Below, one piece after another: positions 48,115-61,695 of a DNA stretch of 64,000 bases (positions are counted from its first letter, which is position 1; the number at the start of each line of letters is the position of its first letter). The position numbers and the translations under genes were made by a program. The stretch is from the human T2T-CHM13v2.0 reference genome, Homo sapiens. The notes beneath the pieces are model-generated. The model searched no databases, was not told the origin of the DNA, and saw only the letters and a program-made list of their open reading frames with translations. Location of the stretch: assembly GCF_009914755.1 (NCBI RefSeq), contig NC_060936.1; one strand, written 5' to 3'.

Positions 48115-48334
48115 TCAAAAGTGGTTACCCAATGGGAGTGGTATTTGAAATGGGTAAAGAGGAAGACAGGGGACTTTTACTTTGATTTTAGACTTTTTGG
48201 TGTTTTTTTTTTACATATGCACATATTGTTTATAATTATCTTTTTAAACTTTCAAATCTTTCCTAAATAGTATAGTTCAGAGATACTTAAGGCTTAATGT
48301 CTGTGCCTGAGGAATGGTAAGGTGTTATGCTAGG

Positions 48335-48798
48335 TATATTTGTTAAGGTAGGCTATTGCTATAAGAAATTAATCTCAAAATGTATTTTGTCTCAAATACC
48401 ACAGAAGTCTATTTCTTGGTCTCAGAACAAAGCAGCTCCAAATGGGTGAGATGGGGCTGGAGAAGTGGGAGGAGGAAGAGGGAGGATTGTCTGTTCCACA
48501 CAATCATTGGAGGACCCAGGGTGGCAGAGGCTCTGCCATTTTCAGCATGTGGTTAAGGTCACCTGAGAATTAACATCCAGCCAGCACAAGGGACAGGAAC
48601 ACGAAGAGGTATGCCTAGGAGAATTGTTGTGGACCAGGCCTGGTAGTGCTGCACATTGCTTCTGCTCATACTGCATTGATTGGAACTCAGTCCATTGGCC
48701 ACACCTAATTGCAAGAGAGGCTGAGAAATATGAGCCAGCTGAATACCCAGGAAGAAAAGAATGTGGATTTTGGTTAGCAGCTAGCAGTTCTGTCACAC
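48335..48798 (-). mobile_element. Old MaLR LTR (MLT1J/K-like)
   Basis: 'ccacacctaattgcaagagaggctgagaaatatgag...cccaggaagaaaagaa...gcagttctgtcaca'. Confidence 0.6.
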
Positions 48799-49153
48799 AG
48801 GATTACAAAATATCCTTTTATGATCCCTACTTTGGAGGACCCATAGTGAAGCCTCATAATGCTAGGACAAAACTCCCACTCTAAAGATAGGATGTAAAAG
48901 ACTCTTTTTGGCACAGCCCCTCAGCCCACCTCTAATTTCAGCTTAAATTGAACAGTTCCCAAGCTCAGTGTCCAGTGACCCACACTTTGTGGCCTTGTAA
49001 CTCTCAGTTATTCTGCTCTGTGTTTTTTTTTTCTGAAGCTGCAGGAGCTCCCTCAGCCCATATGCAGAACAGCCCAAAAGTACAGGGAGAATTAACACCA
49101 TAGGGACAAACCTCAACCAAACATATAATGGAAAAGGCAGGTAAGAGCCGGTT

Positions 49154-49500
49154 TGTTGGAGGCCACACAAACGTTTCTTATGATTAGGCATCATTGAAGC
49201 CTGTCAGTAACAATATGAACCTGTGATCAGTTAAGCAGCTGACCAATCATTACCTCCTCCTTGCTCTTGTTACCCAATAAATACAAAGGGCTGTAGAAGC
49301 TCAGGGACTGCCTTTGCTCACTAGAAGCAGGGAGCTCTCTTCTTCCCCATGCTAGCCTTTCCTTAAAATAGTTACTTTTGTTTTTTGTTATCATTTCTAT
49401 GTTCATCCCTTCATTCAGTCCTGTAATGACAGTCTCAAGCAGTAACAGTAGTAACTGCTGTAATGATAGTCTCAAGTAGTAGTAGTAGCAGTCAGCCACA
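49154..49500 (+). repeat. 5' LTR (short LTR3B-like)
   Basis: TGTTGGAGGCC...CAGCCACA; roughly 90% identical by eye to 3' LTR. Confidence 0.9.
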
Positions 49501-49502
49501 AG

Positions 49503-49520
49503 TGGCGCCTGAACAGGGAC
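49503..49520 (+). other. Primer-binding site for tRNA-Lys3 (UUU)
   Basis: TGGCGCCTGAACAGGGAC versus canonical TGGCGCCCGAACAGGGAC (one C>T at a CpG). Confidence 0.9.
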
Positions 49521-49589
49521 TAACAGGGACTATCAGGGACAGAGACCTGAAGAGACCTGAAGGGACCTGAAGAGGCCTACAAGGACAAG

Positions 49590-50345
49590 TAGAGATAAGA
49601 GATAAGAGATAAGAAAGAGATAAGAGATAAGAAAGAGATAAGAGATAAGAAAGAGATAGGAGATGAGGAAGAGATGAGAAAGAGACAGGAGATGAGGAAT
49701 AGATGAGAAAGAGATAGGAGATGAGGAAGAGATGAGAAAGATAGGAAATGAGGAAGAGATGAGAAAGAGATAGGAGATGAGGAAGAGATGAGAAAGAGAT
49801 AGGAGATGAGGAAGAGATGAGAAAGAGATAGGAGATGAGGAAGATATGAGAAACAGACAGGAGATGAGGAAGAGATAGGAGATGAGGAGGAGATGAGGAA
49901 GAGATAGGAGATGAGGAGGAGATGAGGAAGAGATAGGAGATGAGGAGGAGATGAGGAAGAGATAGGAGATGAGGAAGAGATAGGAGATGAGGAGGAGATG
50001 AGGAAGAGATAGGAGATGAGGAAGAGATAGGAGATGAGGAAGGGATAGGAGATGAGGAAGAGACAGGAGATGAGGAAGAGACAGGAGATGAGGAAGAGAC
50101 AGGAAATGAGGAGGAGATGAGGAAGAGATAGGAGATGAGGAGGAGATGAGGAGGAGATGAGGAGGAGATGAGGAGGAGATGAGGAGGAGATGAGGAGGAG
50201 ATGAGGAAGAGATGAGGAAGAGATAGGAGATGAGGAAGAGATAGGAGATGAGGAAGAGATAGGAGATGAGGAAGAGATAGGAGATGAGGAAGAGATAGGA
50301 GATGAGGAAGAGATGAGGAAGAGATAGGAGATGAGGAAGATATAG
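49590..50345 (+). repeat. GA-rich compound tandem repeat in proviral leader
   Basis: Units AGAGATA, GAGATAGGAGATGAGGAA (18), GAGATGAGGAG (11) and a 29-mer; almost no C on the + strand. Confidence 0.95.
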
Positions 50346-50873
50346 ATAGGGGACAGCTAGGGGATAGGTAGGGACTTGTAGGAACTAACAGGTGCCATAG
50401 AGACAGATAGGGATAAAGACTAGCAAAGACTAGCAATATAAGGTCAGTGCCCTAAAGAGGTACAAAAGTAGAGACTAGCAAAGACTAGCAGAGATTTGCA
50501 GGGACAGACAGGGTCCTATAGGGACTTGAATGAGGAAGGTCTGCTGGAACATAAAAAACTAAAGCCCAGAAAAAACTAAAACCAACCAGATGAACTAGAC
50601 ACCCCGTTACAAGTCTGCCAGCAGCAACATAAGGTCAGTGCTCTACGAAGGTACTGGTCAGTGCCCTAGAGGTACAAAGAACAGGGAGTTTTTGAATCAG
50701 GGTAACATGAGGAAGAATTTGGTTATTTCTTTTCTTTTTTGTTTGGAGTTTGGTATGTACCATCTTCGTGTTATTATTTCGGGGTTTAATAGAATTTTTT
50801 TGCCCCAACTACAGCACCTATCGAAAGTGGTGAACAGGAAAGGGAGAATGGAAATTGGCTTGTACCATCTTTT

Positions 50874-51320
50874 GTGGCTACAGAAGGGCTAACTTTAGCT
50901 TCGGCTTTCATGGATTGTAAACATGCACTGGCACCTGTGAGATGTACAGAGGACTTGAGAAGTTTTCTCGGAGCTTGTCAGGATGTGGGAACTGAGCTTC
51001 ATTGCTCTGCAGTATTGACTCAGGCAATGGCTAATTTGGTAACTGACAGATCTAAAAGAAGCCAAGGGTCAAGCCCTAAAGTGGGAAAGTGTTATAAGTG
51101 TAGAAAAATTGGAGGTTTCAAAAGAGAATGCCATCAGACCTCTGGCAAAAACAGATCTTGTAATACAGTTCCCCTCTTACCAGAAAAAGTGTCAGGACTT
51201 TGCCCTCCTTGCAATAAAGGAAACTACTGGGCTAACCAATGCCACTCAAAATTTCATCCAAACGGCACCCCCCCTGTCGGGAAGCGAGAAGGGGGCCTGA
51301 ACCCGGGCACTTCAAACTAA
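50874..51320 (+). pseudogene. gag: Retroviral gag remnant (capsid C-terminus and nucleocapsid)
   Basis: ACQDVGTELH capsid end; two degenerate CCHC knuckles CYKCRKIGGFKREC and CPPCNKGNYWANQC followed by HSKFH. Confidence 0.88.
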
Positions 51321-51329
51321 GAGGACATT

Positions 51330-51822
51330 CCCCATTCAGGCCACAACTCCATCTCAGGGGTAGGTTTCCAAAGGCGCATTGATTCCCTCTCCCCAGGAAC
51401 ACCTGGAAACACAGGATTAGCTCTCCTAGCTAGAGAAAAAATTACATTAATTGAAAGAAACAAACTCACTAAGATTCACACTGGCATTTGGGGATCTTTG
51501 CCAACAAGATACATGGGACTGATTTTGGTAAAAGCTGTCTTAACTTACAGACCCAGGAGTTGTTGATTTTGATTGTGAAGGAGAAATTCAGGTAGTAGTA
51601 ATGCCATAAGATCTTTGGGTTTTTGAACCGGGAGAGTGCATTGCTCATTGTTGCTTACTCCCTATAAATTGTACCCTTCTCTACCCAAGAAGAAATGAGA
51701 TCAGGGATTTGGAAGTACAACTACGTGGGAGATTTATTTATCACAACCCATAGCATCTCATAGACCCACTTGCGCAGTGTAGATTGAAGAAAACTTTTGT
51801 GGGTTTATGGATATGGGAGCAA
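51330..51822 (+). pseudogene. pro: dUTPase-protease remnant
   Basis: Broken frames give TGIWGSLP, MGLIL, PGVVDFDCEGEIQVVV, QGFGST and a decayed protease site FMDMGA (from DTGA). Confidence 0.8.
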
Positions 51823-52150
51823 GAGACTGGGCTTTCGTGGTAATAGATCTTGAGGATTGTTTACAAGAAGGATAAGCCTCGATTTGCTTTTTCTGTGTCT
51901 TCTGTTAATCAGAAAGAGCCTGTTTCTTGTTATCAATGGAAAGTTTTACCCCGTGGCAATTAACCAAAGAGGCAGAGGCTGAGTTGCAGCTTGTAGAACA
52001 AATCCTTCAGCAATGGCGTGCCTGCTGGCTACAGCCACACGAGACTTTTGCTTCTGTTTCGCTAGATTTACTAACGTGGGGTCGAGGGTATGCTTGTGTT
52101 TTTGCAGGAGATGAACAAAGCGTGTGGGTACCCTCAAAATGTGTATGACT
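51823..52150 (+). pseudogene. pol: Collapsed pol remnant (RT pieces and integrase C-terminus)
   Basis: WAFVVIDLEDC, PRFAFSVSSVNQKEPVSCYQWKVLP, QLTKEAEAELQLVEQIL, LLTWGRGYACVF...VWVPSKCV. Confidence 0.85.
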
Positions 52151-52188
52151 ATGGAACAGGAGACTGGAGGGACCCATGAATCCCAACC

Positions 52189-52347
52189 ATGGACCTGGTT
52201 CCCCCAGTATGAGCCACAAGCCAGTTGAATCTGAATGCGAAGACGGAACGAGGACCAACTGGAGTCACACTGACATCAACCCTCATAACATGGGGACAGA
52301 TCAAGAAAACCACACAGAAAGCTGAGAAACTGCTGGAGCACCAGGGT
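52189..52347 (+). pseudogene. env: env leader / Rec-like remnant
   Basis: ATG at 52189, in-frame TGA at 52210, then ...LITWGQIKKTTQKAEKLLEHQG, similar to HML Env leader/Rec TWAQLKKLTQ. Confidence 0.7.
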
Positions 52348-52695
52348 TTCACCTTTTGCTGGAACTCAGAGGTACAATCAATGCTTAACGGACCAATGCT
52401 TTAACTGAGCTCCTCTCTACCCTGAATACAAGAGACCCTAATAGTTAGGCAGGAATATCATCGTTCCTATTCAGCATGAAGTTGCAGAAGATGGACCTTC
52501 ATCCTTCTGCAACCCTTAGGATTAAGGGTCCTCTTGTAAAAGGGAAGGGGGAAATATGTAAGAAGCATTCAAACCAGAGCAACTCCATTTTGAATAAGGC
52601 CTAGGGAAAAAGAAGCTGGATCGCCAACTGGCAATTAAAGGCTGCACAGCCTGCAATTGTCTTGCTCAATTAATTTAAAAACAAAAAGAAGGAGA

Positions 52696-53033
52696 TGTTG
52701 GAGGCTGCACAAATGTTTCTTATGATTAGGCATAATTGAAGCCTGTCAGTAACAATATGAACCTGTGATCAGTTAAGCAGCTGACCAATCGTTACCACCT
52801 CCTCCTTGCTCTTGTTACCCAGTAAATAAAAAGGGCTGTAGAAGCTCAGGGGCTGCCTTTGCTCACTAGAAGCAGGGAGCTCTCTTCTCCATGCTAGCCT
52901 TTCCTTAAAATAGTTATTTTTGTTTATCATTTCTACTTTCGTCCCTTTGTTCAGCCCTGTAATGACAGTCTCAAGGAGTAACAGTAGTAACTGCTGTGAT
53001 GGTCTGAAGTAGCAACCGTGGGAGTTGGCCACA
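52696..53033 (+). repeat. 3' LTR (short LTR3B-like)
   Basis: Preceded by PPT aaaaagaaggaga (52683-52695); TGTTGGAGGC...GGCCACA. Confidence 0.9.
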
Positions 53034-53049
53034 CAGGTTCATCAGTTTT

Positions 53050-53495
53050 ATTCATATTAGCTAAAGTGGAAACAACCCAATGCCCATCAGCGGAATAGAT
53101 ACATTCATCATGGTATATTCATAAAATGATATACTACATGGCAATCAATAGAACAAACTACTGAAATAAGCAACAATGTGGATGACTCTCAGAGATATTA
53201 AGTGAGTGAAAGAAGCCAAATTTAAAAGAGTACATACTGTATGACTTCACTCATACATAGTTCAAAAATAGGTAAAACTACTCGATGATAGAAGTTGGAA
53301 TAATGATTACTTATCCATGGAGTTAGGATACAGACTGAGAAGCAGCAAGAGGAAACTTTTTTAGGTGATGGGAATTTTCTATATCTTGATTTGTGTGGTG
53401 ATGACATAAGTGAATACACATGCAATAATTCATGAAGTTATTAGGATTGGTGCTTTGGGTGTATGTGTATTATCCCTCTAGAAACATAAAAAAAA
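53050..53495 (+). mobile_element. L1M (L1ME/MB-like) 3' end
   Basis: 'ggaaacaacccaatgcccatca...taagtgagtgaaagaagcca...ctatatcttgatttgtgtggtg'. Confidence 0.75.
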
Positions 53496-54467
53496 ATTAC
53501 TGAGGGTTCTAGTCACAAGAAACTTATTAGGTAAGCAACGAACAGTATTTGTGATACCCACTCCTGGGGGGCCTGAGAACTCAGGATCTTAGTCTTCCTA
53601 TACTATCTACCTGCAGTGCCTGTCTCACCGACCCTATGAAGGAGAAGGATCTGCAGAGCACATTCTCAGGACATCTACCCATGAGGCTGGTGGGACTCTT
53701 GTGATTGCTACTTGAATTGGAATAATCGGAACGGACACATGTAAAAGGAATGCAGAAGGACCAGACAGATCTCTTCAAATGTAAACCTATGACTTAAAAT
53801 TCAGTTTCATGAGCACTGTGGGAGACCTGAGTTTTTAACAGCTGGAGCCAATAGTGAAGATAGATCTGGAAATTTAATTATCCATGGTAAGCACAAATAA
53901 TCAGAATTTCGGTTGACAACTGGGAGGCCTCCTTTCCTTCCTGCTGTCGTCATCTTAAGCCTACATTGAAATATGTGGTTCCTAAGGTCTTCACTGGTTG
54001 GAACCCAGAAATATCTTATCATGCATTTTATTTGGTTAGCAGGCTTAATTTAAATAAAGCATCCGGTGAAGACTTTCTCCTATCAAAATTATTCAAAGCC
54101 TCTTCTAAATGACTTCCTCCAAAATACAGACCCATCTGTTTGTTAAACACTTCATTTAAACTTAATGCCTATTTATCCCTAAAAATATGTCAGATTGAGG
54201 ATTTCTGGGTCAGTATTTTACACAAGATTCAATAGTCGCAAGTCCTGATACTTCATTATTCCCTAATGGAAAAATTTATCAGGAATAATTGTTAGTTGCC
54301 TCACTTTTTTCTTGAAATTAAATGGGCCTAACTTTAAAAAAACTTAGAGAATTATAGACTTGGTTTTTCCTGTTTTTAACTTACTTCTCTTCTGCCTTTA
54401 ACTCTGGACAAGAATGACTCTAGGGTAAGCTGCCTGAGCGCAGTATTAACTTCCAGTTGGTTCTTCA

Positions 54468-54762
54468 TTTTTTATTTTGAGACAGAGTCTTGCTTTGTCA
54501 CCCAAGCTGGAGTGCTGTGGTGCAATCTCGGCTCACTGCAAACCTCCTGAGTTTAACCAATTCTGAGCAATTTTCCTGCCTCAGCCTCCGGAGTCACTGG
54601 GATTACAGGTGCCCACCACTGTTCCCAGCTAATTTTTGTATTTTTAGTAGAGACGGGGTTTCACCTTGTTAGTCAGACTGGTGAACTCCTGACCTTAAGT
54701 GATTCGCTTGCCTCCACCTCCCAAAGTGCTGGGATTACAGGCATGAGCCACTGTGCCTGGCC
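54468..54762 (-). mobile_element. Alu (AluS-like)
   Basis: Dimer; TSD-like tggttctt. Confidence 0.9.
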
Positions 54763-54904
54763 TGGTTCTTGTACAAAAGCTGCATTTTAACATCTTGGCA
54801 AGAGTCAATATCTGCATCCTTACTAATCTGCCTTCTAGTAAACCAGGTAGCTAGATTGAGGGCCCTGAAGCAGGACTGTGAGTCTGACTCCCACACTTTT
54901 TCTG

Positions 54905-55408
<504 letters not shown>

Positions 55409-55741
55409 CCCACACTTTCTTCTTCACCACTCTGAATGGTAGAAAACTGTTGGGTGACCTGGGTTCATCTCCCTCTGCTGGAGGCATGAACTAGGAATGG
55501 TTTTAATGTTGCTCAAAATTGAACTTTTCACAATTAGAAGCATTTTGTGGCTTTTTCTATCTGTCGTGAGTGATTGGTAAAAATTTCTTTGAAAATCTTC
55601 CATGCTAAGTCACCTCATTCACGCTCTAGAATGGAAAACTAGGGGTACTTGAATATGTTCACTTATTGAGGGCCCAGAATAGGCCCTTTAGAATGATCAT
55701 CCCTTGATTACAGGAACTCTTTCAGTGTACCTTTGAAATGA

Positions 55742-56331
55742 GGTAGATTGTATTTTACAAAAATGGCTGCAACAGAATTTCTAGCCCTACATGCTCTTCT
55801 TAACCTTGCCACTTCCCCATCAACGCTTGGAATCACATCCCCTTTGCTTGAACCTGGGCAGACATTTGTGCATGCCTCAATGAACAGAATGTAGTATAAA
55901 TGCATGACTTCCAAGGATGGCTCATAAAAGAGAATATAACTTCTATCTGATTCCCTCTCTATCTCTCTCGGACATGCGCCTTTAGAGTCCTGAGCCACCT
56001 TGTAGGAAGTCCAGTTATCCTAAAGTCAGACTGCTGGAGAGACCATGTGCAAACACTCCATAGAAATGGAGTTGTCCAAGGAGCCAGTTGTTCCAGCCCC
56101 CAGCTGATTGAGTCTTCCTAGCCTGGCAGCAGACATGTGAGTAAGCAAGCCTTCAGATGATGCCAGCCCCAGCCTCTGTCTGACTGTAACTGCATGAGAA
56201 AAGCTGAGCAAGAACTACCTAGATGAGCCCTGTCAACCCCCACAACCATGAGAGATAATAATAATGACCACTGTTGTTTAAACCACTAGGTTTTAGGGTG
56301 GTTTTCTAGGCAGCAATAGATAATGGGAACA
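55742..56331 (+). mobile_element. MaLR LTR (MLT1F/G-like)
   Basis: 'caaaaatggctgcaac...gcagacatgtgagtaagcaagccttcagatga...cagcaatagataa'. Confidence 0.75.
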
Positions 56332-56393
56332 GACCGCTAGTCATCCACTTATCCTAAAGAAGGTTAGATGACTTATGTTTCATAAAACCTTGT

Positions 56394-56746
56394 TGTATTA
56401 GTCTGTCTTCCCACTGCTAATAAAGACATACCCGAGATTGGGTAATTTACAAAGAGAGGTTTAATGGGCCCACAGTTCCACATGGCTGGGGAGGCCTCAC
56501 AATCATGGCAGGAAGGCAAAAATACACATCTTACATGGCAGCAGGCAAATAGAGAATGAGCGCCAAGCAAAAGGGGTTTCCCCTTATAAAACCATCAGAT
56601 CTCACGAGAACAGTATGGGGGAAACCGCCCCCATGTTTCAAATATCTCCCACTGGGTCCTCTCACCCCTGTACCCCCCACACAACACGTGGTAATTATGG
56701 GAGCTATGAGATGAGATTTGGGTGGGGACGCAACCAATCCATATCA
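56394..56746 (-). mobile_element. THE1 solo LTR
   Basis: TGTATTAGTC...CCATATCA; 5-bp TSD CTTGT. Confidence 0.92.
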
Positions 56747-56875
56747 CTTGTAAAAAATCCTATTTGTTAACTAAGATATACACTACCACCTTAAAGCAAC
56801 AACACAGAACAACCACCCTTCAGGCCTTGATAGAGTATAAACTCCAACAATCTGCTCCAAACCCTAATCAAAGGT

Positions 56876-57245
56876 TGATATGGTTTAGCTGTGACCCCAC
56901 CCAAATCCCATCTTGAATTGTAGTTCCCATAATCCCCACAGGTTGTGGGAGGGACCAGGTGGAGATAATTGAATCATAGGGGTGATTTCCCACATCCTGT
57001 TCTTGTGATAGTGAGTTCTCACAAGACCTGATGGTTTTATAAGGGGCTTCCCCCTTCACTGGACACTCATTCTTCTTGCTGCTGCCATGTAAAGAAGGAC
57101 ATGTTTGCTCCCCCTTCTGCCATAATTGTAAGTTTCCTGGGGTCTCCCCAGCCATGCTGAACTCTGAGTCAATTAAACCTCTTTCCTTTATAAATTACCC
57201 AGTCTCGGGTATTTCTTCATAGCAGCATGGGAAGGGACTAATACA
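56876..57245 (+). mobile_element. THE1 solo LTR
   Basis: TGATATGGTTTAGCTGTG...GGACTAATACA; 5-bp TSD AAGGT. Confidence 0.92.
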
Positions 57246-57596
57246 AAGGTCTCATTAAGTGAGGTGATCTCACTGGAGAAGTGTTTGAAGGACTTGTACT
57301 CCTCTGGATTTTCTAGAAGTATTCTTTGATTTAATGACAATTTTAGAAAGTTTCCATCTCGAGCCATGCTTCCTTGGTCTGTGTTAGAATTGCCCTCAGT
57401 GAGTCGGGCTGTAGGTTATGCTGCAGGTTTCGTGCTACAAGACAGCTTTAGGAAAGCTCCGTTGCATTTGCTACAGGATATTCTTACAAATATCGTTGAG
57501 GACACTGTTTACCACATCCATCAATGTCCCAGATATAAAACTCCATACTAGAAATTTCTTTTAGAGCTAAATTCCAATAAAAGCTTGAGAAACTAA

Positions 57597-57924
<328 letters not shown>

Positions 57925-58174
57925 TTATAGTCAAGAGAATCACGATTAGCCTTTATTTTCGCTTTTTCAGCAGAAAACTCAAATTCAAATCTGTGGCTCA
58001 GCTTAGAAAATTATGTGGAGCCCTATTGCTTGTATATCTCATTTCATCCCATTCACTTGTTGTTTTTTCCTAATGTATGTTTCTCATGATCCTGGCTTTA
58101 TTATTTATATTTTATGTTTGATCAAATGTATTGTAAGCTTTTTCAAATCCCTTGTAGAAGAGAACATAATACTA

Positions 58175-58470
<296 letters not shown>

Positions 58471-58600
58471 ATAATAATTATAAAGAGAGAGATGAATGAA
58501 GATAGGAATAAGTAAATTACCCTTGTGAGACCTCAGCAAATTATAGGCCTCCCACAGGTCTGGTTTAATGATTTATTCATTTACTTTTAAATGTGGACTA

Positions 58601-58907
<307 letters not shown>

Positions 58908-60866
58908 TTAAGCATCTACTTTCAATCAGGCATTATATTAGGGAGAGTCACAGCTGAAAAGATTTTTTTTTAAAACACACAGTTTTTGCTTTCAGGGAAA
59001 CAATGTCTGAGGGTAGTCCAGACATTTAGCGCTCAGTAGCAGCAGCTAATGATTTCAAATGGTGACATCTTTGAGGTCCCATAGACATCATAAAACCAGA
59101 TCTCTTAATCTTTCTCATAAATAAGCCGGGGGAAGAAAGTAGGGAGCAGATATTAGATGAACATGATCTTTAGGTTCCTGGCCAGAAACTTCCAGAGGCT
59201 ACCATCTCAAAAATTCCTCCCAGTTTTAGAGAAATTGTTTAAGTTGTCCCTTAGACCTGGATCACCACTTCTACGCTGACCAATTTGTTTACCCTCTGTG
59301 AGGCCAACACTTGTAACTCTCTGGTTTGTGACCTGGCTGCTAATTCTACTTCCATACTGATTCTTTGATTCCTACACAGGTCTTCTATAGTCTTCATTTG
59401 TATCAATTAGGTAAACTTTTACGTCTGTCTCTTAGGACGCACCAAGGTGTCCTCCAAACCTGGGAACTCTCAGCTTCTCCTCTTGCCAATGGTGACAATA
59501 AATCTAATCTTCCTTGTCAACCTTAAGCCTTGGAGTTCTGGCCCACGTCATTATTGCTGACAGTGTTTCTGTGGAAGTTTCTACTGTCCTTTGAGCTCTG
59601 TACTCTTGTCTTTTAAAGCTTGTCCTGTTACTTAAGATATTTTGCCCTTTTTCTAAGAAAGCCTTTCCTTACCCACTCTGCAACATTCCTGGAAAATGTG
59701 GTTATTAATTCCATTATTCTAGAATCTAGATTCCAAAGCAGATGCTTTATTAGCTAATGTAACTATTCATAAATGCTTTGTAAATAAATAATCCCTTCTG
59801 GCTTCTCTAAATGCTGGGTTCCAGGCATTTGTAACAAAAATGCAAATAAGCCTGCCCTTCTGTAGGCCCTTGTCTATGGGGTTTTAATAAACTATAGTAC
59901 TCTGAGCTAAATTTACATAGGTCTACATTGCTTTTTTGAAATATTAATATGCTATCTTCCCTTGACCTAATAAGAGATATGTGACCTCAGCTAATTTCCC
60001 TGGCAAATAATTTGTCAAAAAGGTGAATATTCTTCTTGGCAAATAATCCTCATGGCTGTCATTTTTCTAAATGTAACATAAAAAGAAAGCGTTTCCCCTT
60101 CTCATATACAGGAAAATCATTTAGAGGTGACTTTAGCAACTGTTCTTTGACACACCCACATCATCTGCCACTGAGCATTCTGTGCTCAGTGATTGCTCGA
60201 AGTGTCAGTGCTGCAGAATAAAACCACATTCAGGTGATGATGGCCCCATGACTCAACACATCCCCAAAGGTTGAGGATATCCCTCTCCAATATAGTACCT
60301 TTCATCTGCTCTAGCGTTTCATTAATACCATCCACCCTCCCTTCCCCTGACATTTTGTCAAATAAATATCCACCTGTAAGAACTATCTAAATGACTTTCA
60401 CTGCTGTTTTGAAGGATTTGGTTCAAAAATATAATTTGTATCTTCTTGTCCTCCCAGTTGGTGGTATTAAGAAAATCTTAGAGCAAAACCTCCATGCTGT
60501 GCTTCTACAGAGAATAATTAGGTCTATCCCATAACCAAAGCAGATTTTATATACAACTCACTCATTTCTTTAACCGGAACATTCTTTTTCATAGAAACTG
60601 GTTCCACATCTGCTTTTTCCCCTGTATCTTTAAGCACTCCTATTACCTCAGCAACTGGCCATTACCAGTAGAAGCCATACGTCATTAGAGAAAGCCTGCA
60701 GGAAATCCTCTGGGCAAAGAGCAATATGTGTTAATTGCTACTGAGCCCTAAGAAAATATATTCAAGTGGGAAACATCTAGTTATTTTTCTTATGCAAACA
60801 TAATCACCCATGATAAAACTGAGATGACCGGCACTGGGGTACTTCAAGGTCTTAAAAAAATATTGA

Positions 60867-61695
<829 letters not shown>

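Larger units (their letters stand above)
49154..53033 (+). mobile_element. HERV-K(HML-6)/HERVK3-type provirus, internally deleted, LTR3-family LTRs
   Basis: Paired ~340-bp LTRs TG...CA, 6-bp TSD ccggtt/caggtt, Lys3 PBS, PPT, betaretroviral gag/dUTPase/pro/pol/env remnants. Confidence 0.9.

Noticed and set aside
49590-50345. CRISPR-like array
   Set aside because: No unique spacers, and the context is eukaryotic; it is a simple tandem repeat
49492-50436. 314-aa Ser/Leu/Pro-rich ORF on the minus strand
   Set aside because: It is the antisense reading of the GA tandem repeat, which lacks stops for compositional reasons
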